The notes under the pieces are model-generated. The model did not search any database. It saw nothing but the letters and a program-made list of their open reading frames with translations, and had not been told where the DNA came from. From Trichlorobacter lovleyi SZ (GTDB lineage Bacteria > Desulfobacterota > Desulfuromonadia > Geobacterales > Pseudopelobacteraceae): a stretch of 32,000 nucleotides of DNA. The translations under genes were made by a program, and so were the position numbers. The DNA is taken from contig NC_010814.1 of NCBI RefSeq assembly GCF_000020385.1, forward strand, positions 990,001-1,022,000, in the 5' to 3' direction. Each line of letters opens with the position of its first letter. The first letter of the stretch is position 1. Below, in pieces: positions 16,537 to 24,095 of the stretch.

Positions 16537-18075
16537 TTAGTTGAATTTTGTCAGGGATTTTGTGCCAGATGATGTTTCAATCATAATACCGGCTGCATTT
16601 GGATCATCCTTTTCCACCAGTGGCAGGCTGTAGGTAACGCCGTTTTTGCGTATCCGCACCGGAGAGCTAGAGTAGCCCACAGGCTCGGCGGCAATACTGA
16701 CAGTACCGCTTGCCGTTTTTTGACGAATGCCGCTATCCAGCAGCGGTCCGTAAGGGATTGGGGCTACGGAAAGCTTGGCGATATAGTCACCGGTAAAGGA
16801 GTTGTCTGAGCCGATAATTCCGATGCCACCCCACTTGTCCAGCACCATGTACGGAAACTTTCCCTTGGCAACCTTGGCCAGGCCGCTGTCGGCAAAGCTG
16901 CTGTCAGGTACACCGGTGGTCTTGTTGATACGGCTTAAGGTTGCAGAGCTGCTGCTGGAAAGTGGAATGATAAAAAACGAGCTTGTGGAGGTGCCGTTGT
17001 TGAGCAGGTACAGGGTGTTTTCTGATACCCTCAGGGTCAGATTTTCAACTGATTGAAAAAACATCGACAAAAACGGAATTTTGACTGTACCCCCCCCCTG
17101 GCCCCAGCCGGTTATCAAGTTGCCGCTGTTAGCGTCGTACTTTCTGACAAAGTTGTCAGAGACATTAAAGATAATGAAGTCCTGGGTGTTGGCTCCTGCC
17201 AGGTAGATGCCGCTGTTGTCAATGGCGAGGGAGGTGGCCTTTTCCTTCTGGAAGAGGGGGTTGGTATAGGTCTGTGCCCACTGTTCGGCGCCGGTTATGG
17301 CATCCACCTTGGTGATCCGGTATTTTTGGTCAGTCAGGCTCTTAATGTTGATGGCGGTATAGAGGTAGCCGTTGAAGATGGCAGCATCGCCAAAGCCGAT
17401 GGTGGTTAACCACTGTTTGTCAATGGCAGCAGTATAGGAGCCCAGCACCGACCCGTCGGCATAGGAAAGTCGTTTGGCAAAGCAGGCTGAGTAGATGCCG
17501 TCTATTCCGCTGGTGATCAGCAGCAGGCCGTTGTTGCCAGGCAGTGGAAGCAGCTTTTGGAACGAGATGGTGCCGATGGTGAAGGTGGCAACCAGGCTGC
17601 CGCTGGCTGCGTTTCGTTTCTGGATGCGGTAGGTGATATCGTGGTGATCGTAGTAGAGGATGTACAGGTGACCGTCGCCACCCAGTACCAGGGCCTTGGG
17701 GTCGTGGTTGTGCCAGGAGTTGACATCGGACAGGGTGCCGTTTGTGCCGAACTCAGGTACCAGGGTGCCGGTTTTCCAGTCCCGTTTTTGCAGTAGCAGA
17801 TCCCGCTCGTAAATGGCGGCAATGCTGGACGGCTTGGTCTTGTGCAACGAGTACAGGTAGGCCGGTGTGGTGGTGGTAGCCTCCTGCAGGGCCAGCATTG
17901 GCGATTCTGGATAGGCGGCAGGTGCCACCACCGGAATGGGAGAGCCCGGAGACCAGGCCTGCCAGGCCGGTTGTCCGGCAGGCAACCCTTGCCAATAGGG
18001 ACCGTCAGCCTGGGCAGGTAGGCTGCACAGACAGCAGAGTAGCAGGGTTGCAAGGCATGTGATGATAAATTTCAT
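16537..18075 (-). CDS. Secreted repeat protein, probably beta-propeller (possible PilY1-type tip adhesin analogue or cargo)
   Basis: 512 aa. Signal peptide MKFIITCLATLLLCCLCSLPAQA. The repeat pattern '...Y(L/I)xG....(F/Y)x(I/V)xK(L/V)xaxxGxLxxx(F/W)G' recurs (YRIQKRNAASGSLVATF; YRITKVDAITGAEQWAQ; FVRKYDANSGNLITGWG; LSRINKTTGVPDSSFADSG). This is reminiscent of delta-60/SBBP-type propeller blades. GGAGAGAG SD. Confidence 0.6.
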   Translation of the reverse strand: MKFIITCLATLLLCCLCSLPAQADGPYWQGLPAGQPAWQAWSPGSPIPVVAPAAYPESPMLALQEATTTTPAYLYSLHKTKPSSIAAIYERDLLLQKRDWKTGTLVPEFGTNGTLSDVNSWHNHDPKALVLGGDGHLYILYYDHHDITYRIQKRNAASGSLVATFTIGTISFQKLLPLPGNNGLLLITSGIDGIYSACFAKRLSYADGSVLGSYTAAIDKQWLTTIGFGDAAIFNGYLYTAINIKSLTDQKYRITKVDAITGAEQWAQTYTNPLFQKEKATSLAIDNSGIYLAGANTQDFIIFNVSDNFVRKYDANSGNLITGWGQGGGTVKIPFLSMFFQSVENLTLRVSENTLYLLNNGTSTSSFFIIPLSSSSSATLSRINKTTGVPDSSFADSGLAKVAKGKFPYMVLDKWGGIGIIGSDNSFTGDYIAKLSVAPIPYGPLLDSGIRQKTASGTVSIAAEPVGYSSSPVRIRKNGVTYSLPLVEKDDPNAAGIMIETSSGTKSLTKFN

Positions 18076-18090
18076 TGCGCTCTCTCCGCC

Positions 18091-18891
18091 TTATTGCAGT
18101 AGCCAGATCTGGCCGTTAATCGGGTTTTGGGGGTCAACGGTGGTGGTCTGGATCACCAAGCCGTCGGTGGCCTTCAGGACTCCTCCCTGAACATCCATTT
18201 TGACCGTTGGTGTTGTGGGAGGGGTCGCCGGAGATTCACCAACCACCACGGTATCAGCCTTCGTAATCAGCTTGATCTTGTTCGTTGTCTCTGTGCCGGT
18301 TGGTGCTTCCCGCCGCCAGCCCGGTACTTGGCCAATTTCGGCCTGGGTGAATTCAACAAATATATCGTCACCTCTCGCTGTGGTTGCGTTGCAGGGCGTT
18401 TCTCCTGTGATACCGTTAAAAATGCCGTCAGGGCCGACTGAAACGATCCGGCCGGTTAGCAGCGAGGTGTTCAGATTGTTATAGCTGTCAGGCGGTGCAA
18501 TGTTGTTGTTTGAAAAATGGATGGTGTCGGTACTGTTTTGTGTCCCCAGATCCCAGGCGCAGTAGCTGTAGTCATGTCCCCAGGCATCCTTTGCATTGTA
18601 CGATCCAGCCGGCAGCGTATTGCCGGTGCCGACAGCGGGTGGCTCGTATTTGCCGTCATCATCAATATCCCTGGATTGATTCATCAGAAAGTTTTTGATC
18701 TCTTTCATCTTCAGTACGGTATCAGCCGAGTTGTAGTAGCGGGCATGACTGGCCTGGCTGGTGTTAAGCGAGAGCAGCAGCAGGATGATAAGCGGGATAA
18801 GTGCCGTCAAAGCCACCAGGCTGAGGAGCGCAATCCCCTTGTTGTTGTTCACGCCGTTGCTGCGGGTCTGTCTGGTCATGGATGCAGCCAT
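18091..18891 (-). CDS. Large pilin-like (pseudopilin/minor-pilin-like) protein lacking Glu5, with a DxDxDG Ca-binding-type motif
   Basis: The N-terminus ...NNNKG/IALLSLVALTALIPLIILLLLSL is a class III signal-like segment with Ser at +5 instead of Glu, as in GspK-type minor pseudopilins. DIDDDG at 18652-18669. The start is ambiguous: ATG 18891, or ATG 18879 which sits 12 nt from GAGAGG. Confidence 0.5.
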   Translation of the reverse strand: MAASMTRQTRSNGVNNNKGIALLSLVALTALIPLIILLLLSLNTSQASHARYYNSADTVLKMKEIKNFLMNQSRDIDDDGKYEPPAVGTGNTLPAGSYNAKDAWGHDYSYCAWDLGTQNSTDTIHFSNNNIAPPDSYNNLNTSLLTGRIVSVGPDGIFNGITGETPCNATTARGDDIFVEFTQAEIGQVPGWRREAPTGTETTNKIKLITKADTVVVGESPATPPTTPTVKMDVQGGVLKATDGLVIQTTTVDPQNPINGQIWLLQ

Positions 18892-18899
18892 CCTCTCTG

Positions 18900-19337
18900 T
18901 CAAACGCCCTTCAGGGTGATGGTCAGGTTGAAGCCTTCCGGTCCGCACCCTGTTCCGATGCAGAGGCTCTCATACTCCATCCGGTACGGTAGGGCAGAAA
19001 GGGTGTTGATAAAGCCATAGATATTGCTGTCATGGCCTAGCACCTGATCCGTTTTTATCCTGGTCAGATCGGGTTTTGCCATCAGGCTTGGCCCCTTCAG
19101 GGAGACCTCGAGAGGCAACTCGTACTGGCGTCCAATAGCCTGGGTAAGGTTACGCAGGCTCAGCATCCGGGCATCATCAGGCGGTACCAGGCTGTTCATC
19201 TGCTGCTGTACCTGGGTCTTGACCACATCCTTCCAGGTTTTCTGCACATCCTGGCGCACCTTGATCCCCTTTGCCAGTACCGTTATGCTAGCGAGCAGCA
19301 GAAAGAGCGGTAGTATATATAACCTTATCGCCTTCAT
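18900..19337 (-). CDS. Small N-terminally anchored periplasmic protein (GspM/PilO-like topology)
   Basis: Start placed at ATG 19337 (GGAGGA 4 nt upstream). MKAIRLYILPLFLLLASITVLAKG is followed by a soluble domain of about 120 aa. The assignment rests on size, topology and position only. Confidence 0.45.
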   Translation of the reverse strand: MKAIRLYILPLFLLLASITVLAKGIKVRQDVQKTWKDVVKTQVQQQMNSLVPPDDARMLSLRNLTQAIGRQYELPLEVSLKGPSLMAKPDLTRIKTDQVLGHDSNIYGFINTLSALPYRMEYESLCIGTGCGPEGFNLTITLKGV

Positions 19338-20151
19338 AGTTTCCTCCGGTGGTTCGTAAAAAGACCTGCGCATCAGCATCCTGGTTGAATTTAATGGTGC
19401 AGGTAAGCTGGTCTTTTGCTAATGCGACCTTTACGATGAATCCCTTGCCTTCGATCTTTTTTCCCAGATCAGCCACCGAATTTATGAAGGATGGCAGTCC
19501 GCGTGGTATGACCGGTGCAACCTGTGCTACCAGGCGTTGCTGCTCTTTGCGGGCCGTGTCATATCCCTTTGCCGAGAGGGCCAGGAACAGGGTGGAAAGT
19601 CCCAAAAAAGCCAGTAGGGCAGCGTTAAGAAACAGGTTCTTTCTGGCGAGGGACCAGGTCAGCTTCAGGGTTGCCGGCGGGCTGTTGACCGGTACCTGCT
19701 GTATCATCAGGTGGTTCGGGCGTTCTTCGTAGGCAACCTCGGCTGAGCAGAACCCGTCCTTGTTGGTGAGGTAGTAGAAGTAATCAGCATCCGTCTTTTT
19801 ATAGACAAAGTTGCCCTGCAGTATCAGCGCAGGATAGAACAGCGGCAGCCTGCCAGCGACATGCTGCTTGCTCTTCAGTGCGATAAAAGAAAGGATGCCG
19901 TTCAGGTACTGATAGCTGTAGTAAAAATCGTCACCCAGCAGCGGGATAGCCTTGCCGTTGATGTAGGACAGAATCTCTTTCTGTTCGATTCCCACGCTGT
20001 CCATGACAAATTCATCACTGAATACCAGGCGTGAGGTGTCGACTAAAACCGGTGGTGGATCTGACACGGGCTTTGTTTTTACTTTCCTGATTACCGGCCG
20101 CTCGTCTGGTGCAAGATCAGGCTGTGAGTCCAGCGCTGCATCGTTAGCCAT
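19288..20151 (-). CDS. Bitopic inner-membrane assembly protein (GspL/BfpC-like topology)
   Basis: Start placed at ATG 20151 (GGAGGA upstream; it overlaps the platform gene stop by 8 nt). A cytoplasmic domain of about 165 aa, a single TM segment LFLNAALLAFLGLSTLFLALSA, and a periplasmic domain of about 95 aa. The 3' end overlaps the next gene by 50 nt. The assignment rests on topology and position only. Confidence 0.45.
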   Translation of the reverse strand: MANDAALDSQPDLAPDERPVIRKVKTKPVSDPPPVLVDTSRLVFSDEFVMDSVGIEQKEILSYINGKAIPLLGDDFYYSYQYLNGILSFIALKSKQHVAGRLPLFYPALILQGNFVYKKTDADYFYYLTNKDGFCSAEVAYEERPNHLMIQQVPVNSPPATLKLTWSLARKNLFLNAALLAFLGLSTLFLALSAKGYDTARKEQQRLVAQVAPVIPRGLPSFINSVADLGKKIEGKGFIVKVALAKDQLTCTIKFNQDADAQVFLRTTGGNYEGDKVIYTTALSAAR

Positions 20152-21307
20152 GCAGTCCTCCAAGTAGTTTGCTGTACGGGATCATGATGCCCATCACCAT
20201 CAGAAGAAAGATGCCACCGGCAAAGATCAGGGCAAAGGCATAGACCCTGGGCCCCAGCGCCTTGACCTTTTCCATGTAGCCACGGTAAAAACGGTCGGCC
20301 ACCAAGGACAGGTTTTCTGTGACTCGGTTTGAGTTCTGGGCAACATCCAGCATGGTTTTCTCAATTGGGTTTAAGCAGGTAAAGCCGTAGGAGAAGCTTT
20401 CTCCCTCCTTTACCTTTTTAATGGCATTGTCAAATTCTGTGCGAATGGCGATGGTTCGCGAGGTGTCCTGCACGATTTCTAGGGCCGGGGATAACTGAAT
20501 TCCGGTCTCCATCAGTTTTGCCATGGAAAAGAAGGCCACATAAAAACCTTGATAGAAAAACAGCTCCCGAATCAGCGGGACAGAGAGCAGTAATTTTTCC
20601 ATCTCTTGCTGGCGGCTTTTGTAGAGCACTGCCACAACCACCGTCACAATCGCCAAGGCGGCAAAAACTGCCGGCACAATATGCGAAAGGGCCGACAAGG
20701 CCTGGATGAAAAAGTTGGTCTGCCCCTTCAGGGCGGTCTTGAACAGTTGCGAGGCCAGTATCTTGGGGATCACCACCTGAGTGTTTACCACCAGGGCAAT
20801 CACCGATACGATAAAGATCACCAGCGGGTAGGAGAGCGTTTTTTTCATCTCGCTCTGGCTCGCTTCAATGTTGGTGATGTACTGCGCCGCCCCCAGCAGG
20901 CTTTCTGCCAGCCGTCCCGACTTCTCTCCGGCCTGGATCATGGAGATGGTGGTGCTGCCAAAGACCGAGTGGTAGGCGGTCATGGCGGATGAGAGCTCGC
21001 GGCCCTGTTGTACGGCGGTCTTGATGGCGTTTAAGATTGTGATCAGTGAGGAAGCACGGGGTAGTGACTGGATGGTGGTTTCCAGCGTCTTAGAGAGCGG
21101 TACGCCTGCCTGCAGCAGATCCCCGATCGCCACCAGCACCGCTGCCAGTTCTTTGCGTTTGGCCTTGGGCTGAAACAGGGTGAGCGGCTTTTTGATGGAA
21201 AGCACTACCTTGCCTTCGCTGATCAGCCGTTCTCTGATCTCGGCGGCTGAACCGATGAATTCCGCCTCTTTGCGGACCCCTTTGTCAAAGTAGGTGACCT
21301 GATGCAT
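20144..21307 (-). CDS. Type IV pilus / T2SS inner-membrane platform protein (GspF/PilC family)
   Basis: 387 aa. Length and hydrophobic-segment layout fit two tandem T2SSF-type modules. The gene starts 2 nt after the ATPase stop. Confidence 0.9.
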   Translation of the reverse strand: MHQVTYFDKGVRKEAEFIGSAAEIRERLISEGKVVLSIKKPLTLFQPKAKRKELAAVLVAIGDLLQAGVPLSKTLETTIQSLPRASSLITILNAIKTAVQQGRELSSAMTAYHSVFGSTTISMIQAGEKSGRLAESLLGAAQYITNIEASQSEMKKTLSYPLVIFIVSVIALVVNTQVVIPKILASQLFKTALKGQTNFFIQALSALSHIVPAVFAALAIVTVVVAVLYKSRQQEMEKLLLSVPLIRELFFYQGFYVAFFSMAKLMETGIQLSPALEIVQDTSRTIAIRTEFDNAIKKVKEGESFSYGFTCLNPIEKTMLDVAQNSNRVTENLSLVADRFYRGYMEKVKALGPRVYAFALIFAGGIFLLMVMGIMIPYSKLLGGLHG

Positions 21308-21309
21308 GG

Positions 21310-22896
21310 CTAATCCATGATCTCCATGGCATCGTTACAGTCGGTCTGCTGACGGCAGGAAGCACACCAGGCGCCACCCAGGCGAATTCCCAATACCCGC
21401 TGGATCTCGGCGCAGTCGGTTGTCCGGTTTGTCAGTTTGGTGCGGGCATCGTCAATAAAACGTTGATAGGGCAGGTCATCTTCCCCTTTGTGATCAATCA
21501 GGCGGTAGATATCTTTGGGGCTGTTCAGGCGGGCAAACTCGGTCAGGAGCGTCCTGCCCTTGTAGCCGGTCTGTTTGCACTCCTCACAACCGGCTCCCTC
21601 ACACTGGGCGCACAGTTTGCGGGCCAGTTTCTGCACCAGTATCCCCCGCAGCGCATAGGAGAGTTTGGGGATCTCTGCCCCCAGGTCTTTTAGCCGCAGA
21701 ATGGTGGAGGGGATGTCGTTGGTATGCAGGGTGGCATAGACCAGGTGGCCGGTATCGGCCAGCCAGAGGGCGTTCTCTGCGGTCTCGCTGTCCCGTACCT
21801 CGCCAACAACCACCACATCAGGGTCATGGCGCAGCACGGTCCTGCCAAAGGCGGCAAAATCAAGGTTGATGCGGCGATTCACCTGCACCTGGGTCACAAA
21901 CGGCACCCGGTATTCAACCGGATCTTCCACAAAGTAGACTGCCTTTTCCAGCAGGTTCAAGTGCCGTACCGTCGAATAAAGCGTGGTGGTCTTGCCGGAG
22001 CCGGTGGCACCGCAGACCAGGATCAGGCCGGTAGTCAGCCTGGCCAGTTCAAGCCAGTCGTTGATGGCGCTGATGCCGATTTCCTGCACCCCGATCATCA
22101 TCTTTTCCTTGTCCAGGATCCGGATGGTCGCCTTTTCGCCGTAGGTGGATGGGATGGTTGAAACCCGGAAGTCGACATTGCGACCACGGTAGTTCATGGA
22201 AAAGGAGCCGTCCTGGGGCACCATCTTGTCGGATACGTTCATGCCGGACATGTCCTTGATCCGGGAGAAGATCTTGTTGGACAGGCTGTCCGGCAGGGCC
22301 TTGACCATATGCAGGATACCATCGATTCGGCAACGGACATGCAAAGATTTCTCCGATGTCTCCAGATGGATGTCGGAGGCGCCATCCTCCAGGGCATCAT
22401 GGATGATGGCGGTGAGTTGTTTGTTGATGTCGGTGTCGTCCTGACCCCGTCTGGTGGCATGCATCGAACGTTCCAGGGTGGCCAGATGTTCGGTAATGAT
22501 GGTGTGGCGGATCGGGACCAGGGTTAGGGTCATCGAGAGGTCAAGCAGCTTGCCGATCGCCTCCAGCACCTCACGGGGGTGAGGGTGCAGGGTCGCCAGG
22601 TACAGGGTGTTGCCGGTATCCCCCAGGATCATGCACTTGTATTTCAGGAGTAGTTCAGGCGGCAGCTCAACCTGTACCGAGGTCTCGCCGATCAGCGACT
22701 CCGGGTTTAAGTGGGCCAATGCCTCAACCAGGTGGCTGCGCTCAAAAAAACCGAACCGGATCAGGATTTCTCCCAGCTTTTCGCCGGTGATGGCCTGTTC
22801 CTGCAGGGCGACGTCAAGCTTCTGTTGGTTGATCAGTCCCTGCTCCCGCAGGTACTCGCCGACACGGGTTCGTGTATAGGGCGTGGTGGTCTGCAT
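21310..22896 (-). CDS. Type IV filament assembly ATPase (GspE/PilB family) with an MshEN-type N-terminal domain
   Basis: Start placed at ATG 22896, 2 nt after the pilin stop; the longer listed ORF overlaps the pilin gene. Walker A GATGSGKTTT, Walker B/Asp box DPDVVVVGEVRD, His box TGHLVYATLHTND, tetracysteine CAQCEGAGCEECKQTGYKGR. The N-terminus has RVGEYLREQGLINQQKLDVALQEQ-AITGE-KLGEILIRFGFFERSHLVEALAHL. Confidence 0.92.
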   Translation of the reverse strand: MQTTTPYTRTRVGEYLREQGLINQQKLDVALQEQAITGEKLGEILIRFGFFERSHLVEALAHLNPESLIGETSVQVELPPELLLKYKCMILGDTGNTLYLATLHPHPREVLEAIGKLLDLSMTLTLVPIRHTIITEHLATLERSMHATRRGQDDTDINKQLTAIIHDALEDGASDIHLETSEKSLHVRCRIDGILHMVKALPDSLSNKIFSRIKDMSGMNVSDKMVPQDGSFSMNYRGRNVDFRVSTIPSTYGEKATIRILDKEKMMIGVQEIGISAINDWLELARLTTGLILVCGATGSGKTTTLYSTVRHLNLLEKAVYFVEDPVEYRVPFVTQVQVNRRINLDFAAFGRTVLRHDPDVVVVGEVRDSETAENALWLADTGHLVYATLHTNDIPSTILRLKDLGAEIPKLSYALRGILVQKLARKLCAQCEGAGCEECKQTGYKGRTLLTEFARLNSPKDIYRLIDHKGEDDLPYQRFIDDARTKLTNRTTDCAEIQRVLGIRLGGAWCASCRQQTDCNDAMEIMD

Positions 22897-22898
22897 CG

Positions 22899-23405
22899 CT
22901 AGCTGACGCGGCTGATCCAGTAGGTGAATGACACGGTACCGGATGTCGGCATGGAATCTGTGGTGGAACCGCAACTGGCGTTGGTGATAACCTTCATGGA
23001 AGAGGTCTTCTTCTTCAGTTCGCTTGCGGCGGCGGCAATGGCGTCGCTATAGGCGGCCTGGGCACAGACATAGTTGCCGTTGGCGCTGGCGCCCAGCAGG
23101 TAACCGTCAACCCAGCCGGCAGTGGTTGGCCGCTCAAATCCGCTGTCTGCCTTGGGTGGAAAGAGGTAGACCGGAACAAAGGTGCTGTCAGTCAGACCGA
23201 CAGGGACTGCATTTTTTTCATGCTTGAAGTTGTTGAAGGCCATCTCGATGTTTGAAAAGTCATTCAAAAGCTTCATTGAGGCGCTTTCTGCCTGGCGATT
23301 GCCGCTACCGGCCCCTAGGATCCCCACCATCAGAGCAATGACAGCACTCAGCATGATCATCACCACCAGTACCTCAAGCATGGTAAAACCGCTTCTGTTA
23401 CGCAT
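22899..23405 (-). CDS. Type IV prepilin-like protein (second pilin, short leader)
   Basis: MRNRSG/FTMLEVLVVMIMLSAVIALMVGILG is a class III signal with Gly-1, Phe+1 and Glu+5. Start placed at ATG 23405 because GGAG sits 6 nt upstream. The upstream ATG 23417 has no SD and abuts a 12-bp hairpin. There are two Cys residues in the C-terminal part. Confidence 0.8.
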   Translation of the reverse strand: MRNRSGFTMLEVLVVMIMLSAVIALMVGILGAGSGNRQAESASMKLLNDFSNIEMAFNNFKHEKNAVPVGLTDSTFVPVYLFPPKADSGFERPTTAGWVDGYLLGASANGNYVCAQAAYSDAIAAAASELKKKTSSMKVITNASCGSTTDSMPTSGTVSFTYWISRVS

Positions 23406-23419
23406 TGTCTTCTCCATAG

Positions 23420-23464
23420 GGCTGTCTGCCGATTGAGGGGGGGATCCACAACCGGCAGACAGCC
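23420..23464 (-). promoter_or_regulatory. Perfect 12-bp stem-loop between the two pilin genes
   Basis: GGCTGTCTGCCG (23420-23431) / CGGCAGACAGCC (23453-23464) with a 21-nt loop containing a G7 run. There is no U-tract on the coding (minus) strand. Confidence 0.6.
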
Positions 23465-23479
23465 TTCAGTTGCCCTGGC

Positions 23480-24028
23480 TTATTGAACAAAGACCGGAAT
23501 TACCGCGGTGTACGGATCCGCTGAACCGTAGCACTGGATATTTTTAGTACCTGAAACGGATGCGGGGATGGTGCCTGTTGTGTCACCATAGGCCGCCTTG
23601 TTGATCGCCTTGCAGATGTCTGTGTTGATGCCGGCAAGGGTGACTACCGTGTCAGTGCCCGTTGAACCGAATGCAGTCACGCCGGTTGTGGTCCAGTTGT
23701 AGGCGTTGGATATCGGCGAGGGAGCGGTAGGGGAGACTTTCAGATAGCCTTTTTCCACCAGGCAGGTTGCTGTGCCTGAAATACCGGTTGGGGTGGCTGC
23801 CTCTTTGGCCTTGTATGATTGTGCTGCCCCTTCAATGGAACGCAGGTCATCAATCACCCGGGTGGCGGCGCTGTCAACGCTGGCGTTGGCAAAGGGGTTG
23901 CCGAAGATCCCCACCATTAAGGCAACGGCCAGGCCGATCAGGACCAGCACGATCAACATCTCTACCAGGGTAAAGCCCTTTTGATTCCGTAATCCTGAAG
24001 CCTTCTGCTTTTTCATTGTGGTGCTCAT
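23480..24028 (-). CDS. Type IV prepilin (likely major subunit), long leader peptide
   Basis: Start placed at ATG 24028 (AAGGAG 10 nt upstream). MSTTMKKQKASGLRNQKG/FTLVEMLIVLVLIGLAVALMVGIFG is an 18-aa leader, followed by a mature protein of about 164 aa with 3 Cys (TATC, DIC, IQC), consistent with a C-terminal disulfide loop. The upstream 69 codons of the listed ORF are rejected. Confidence 0.85.
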   Translation of the reverse strand: MSTTMKKQKASGLRNQKGFTLVEMLIVLVLIGLAVALMVGIFGNPFANASVDSAATRVIDDLRSIEGAAQSYKAKEAATPTGISGTATCLVEKGYLKVSPTAPSPISNAYNWTTTGVTAFGSTGTDTVVTLAGINTDICKAINKAAYGDTTGTIPASVSGTKNIQCYGSADPYTAVIPVFVQ

Positions 24029-24095
24029 GCCGGTGACTCTCCTTAGGTTGTGAGTTTTCTGTCCAACTTGAACAGTACGAAATGAGGATTGACAG

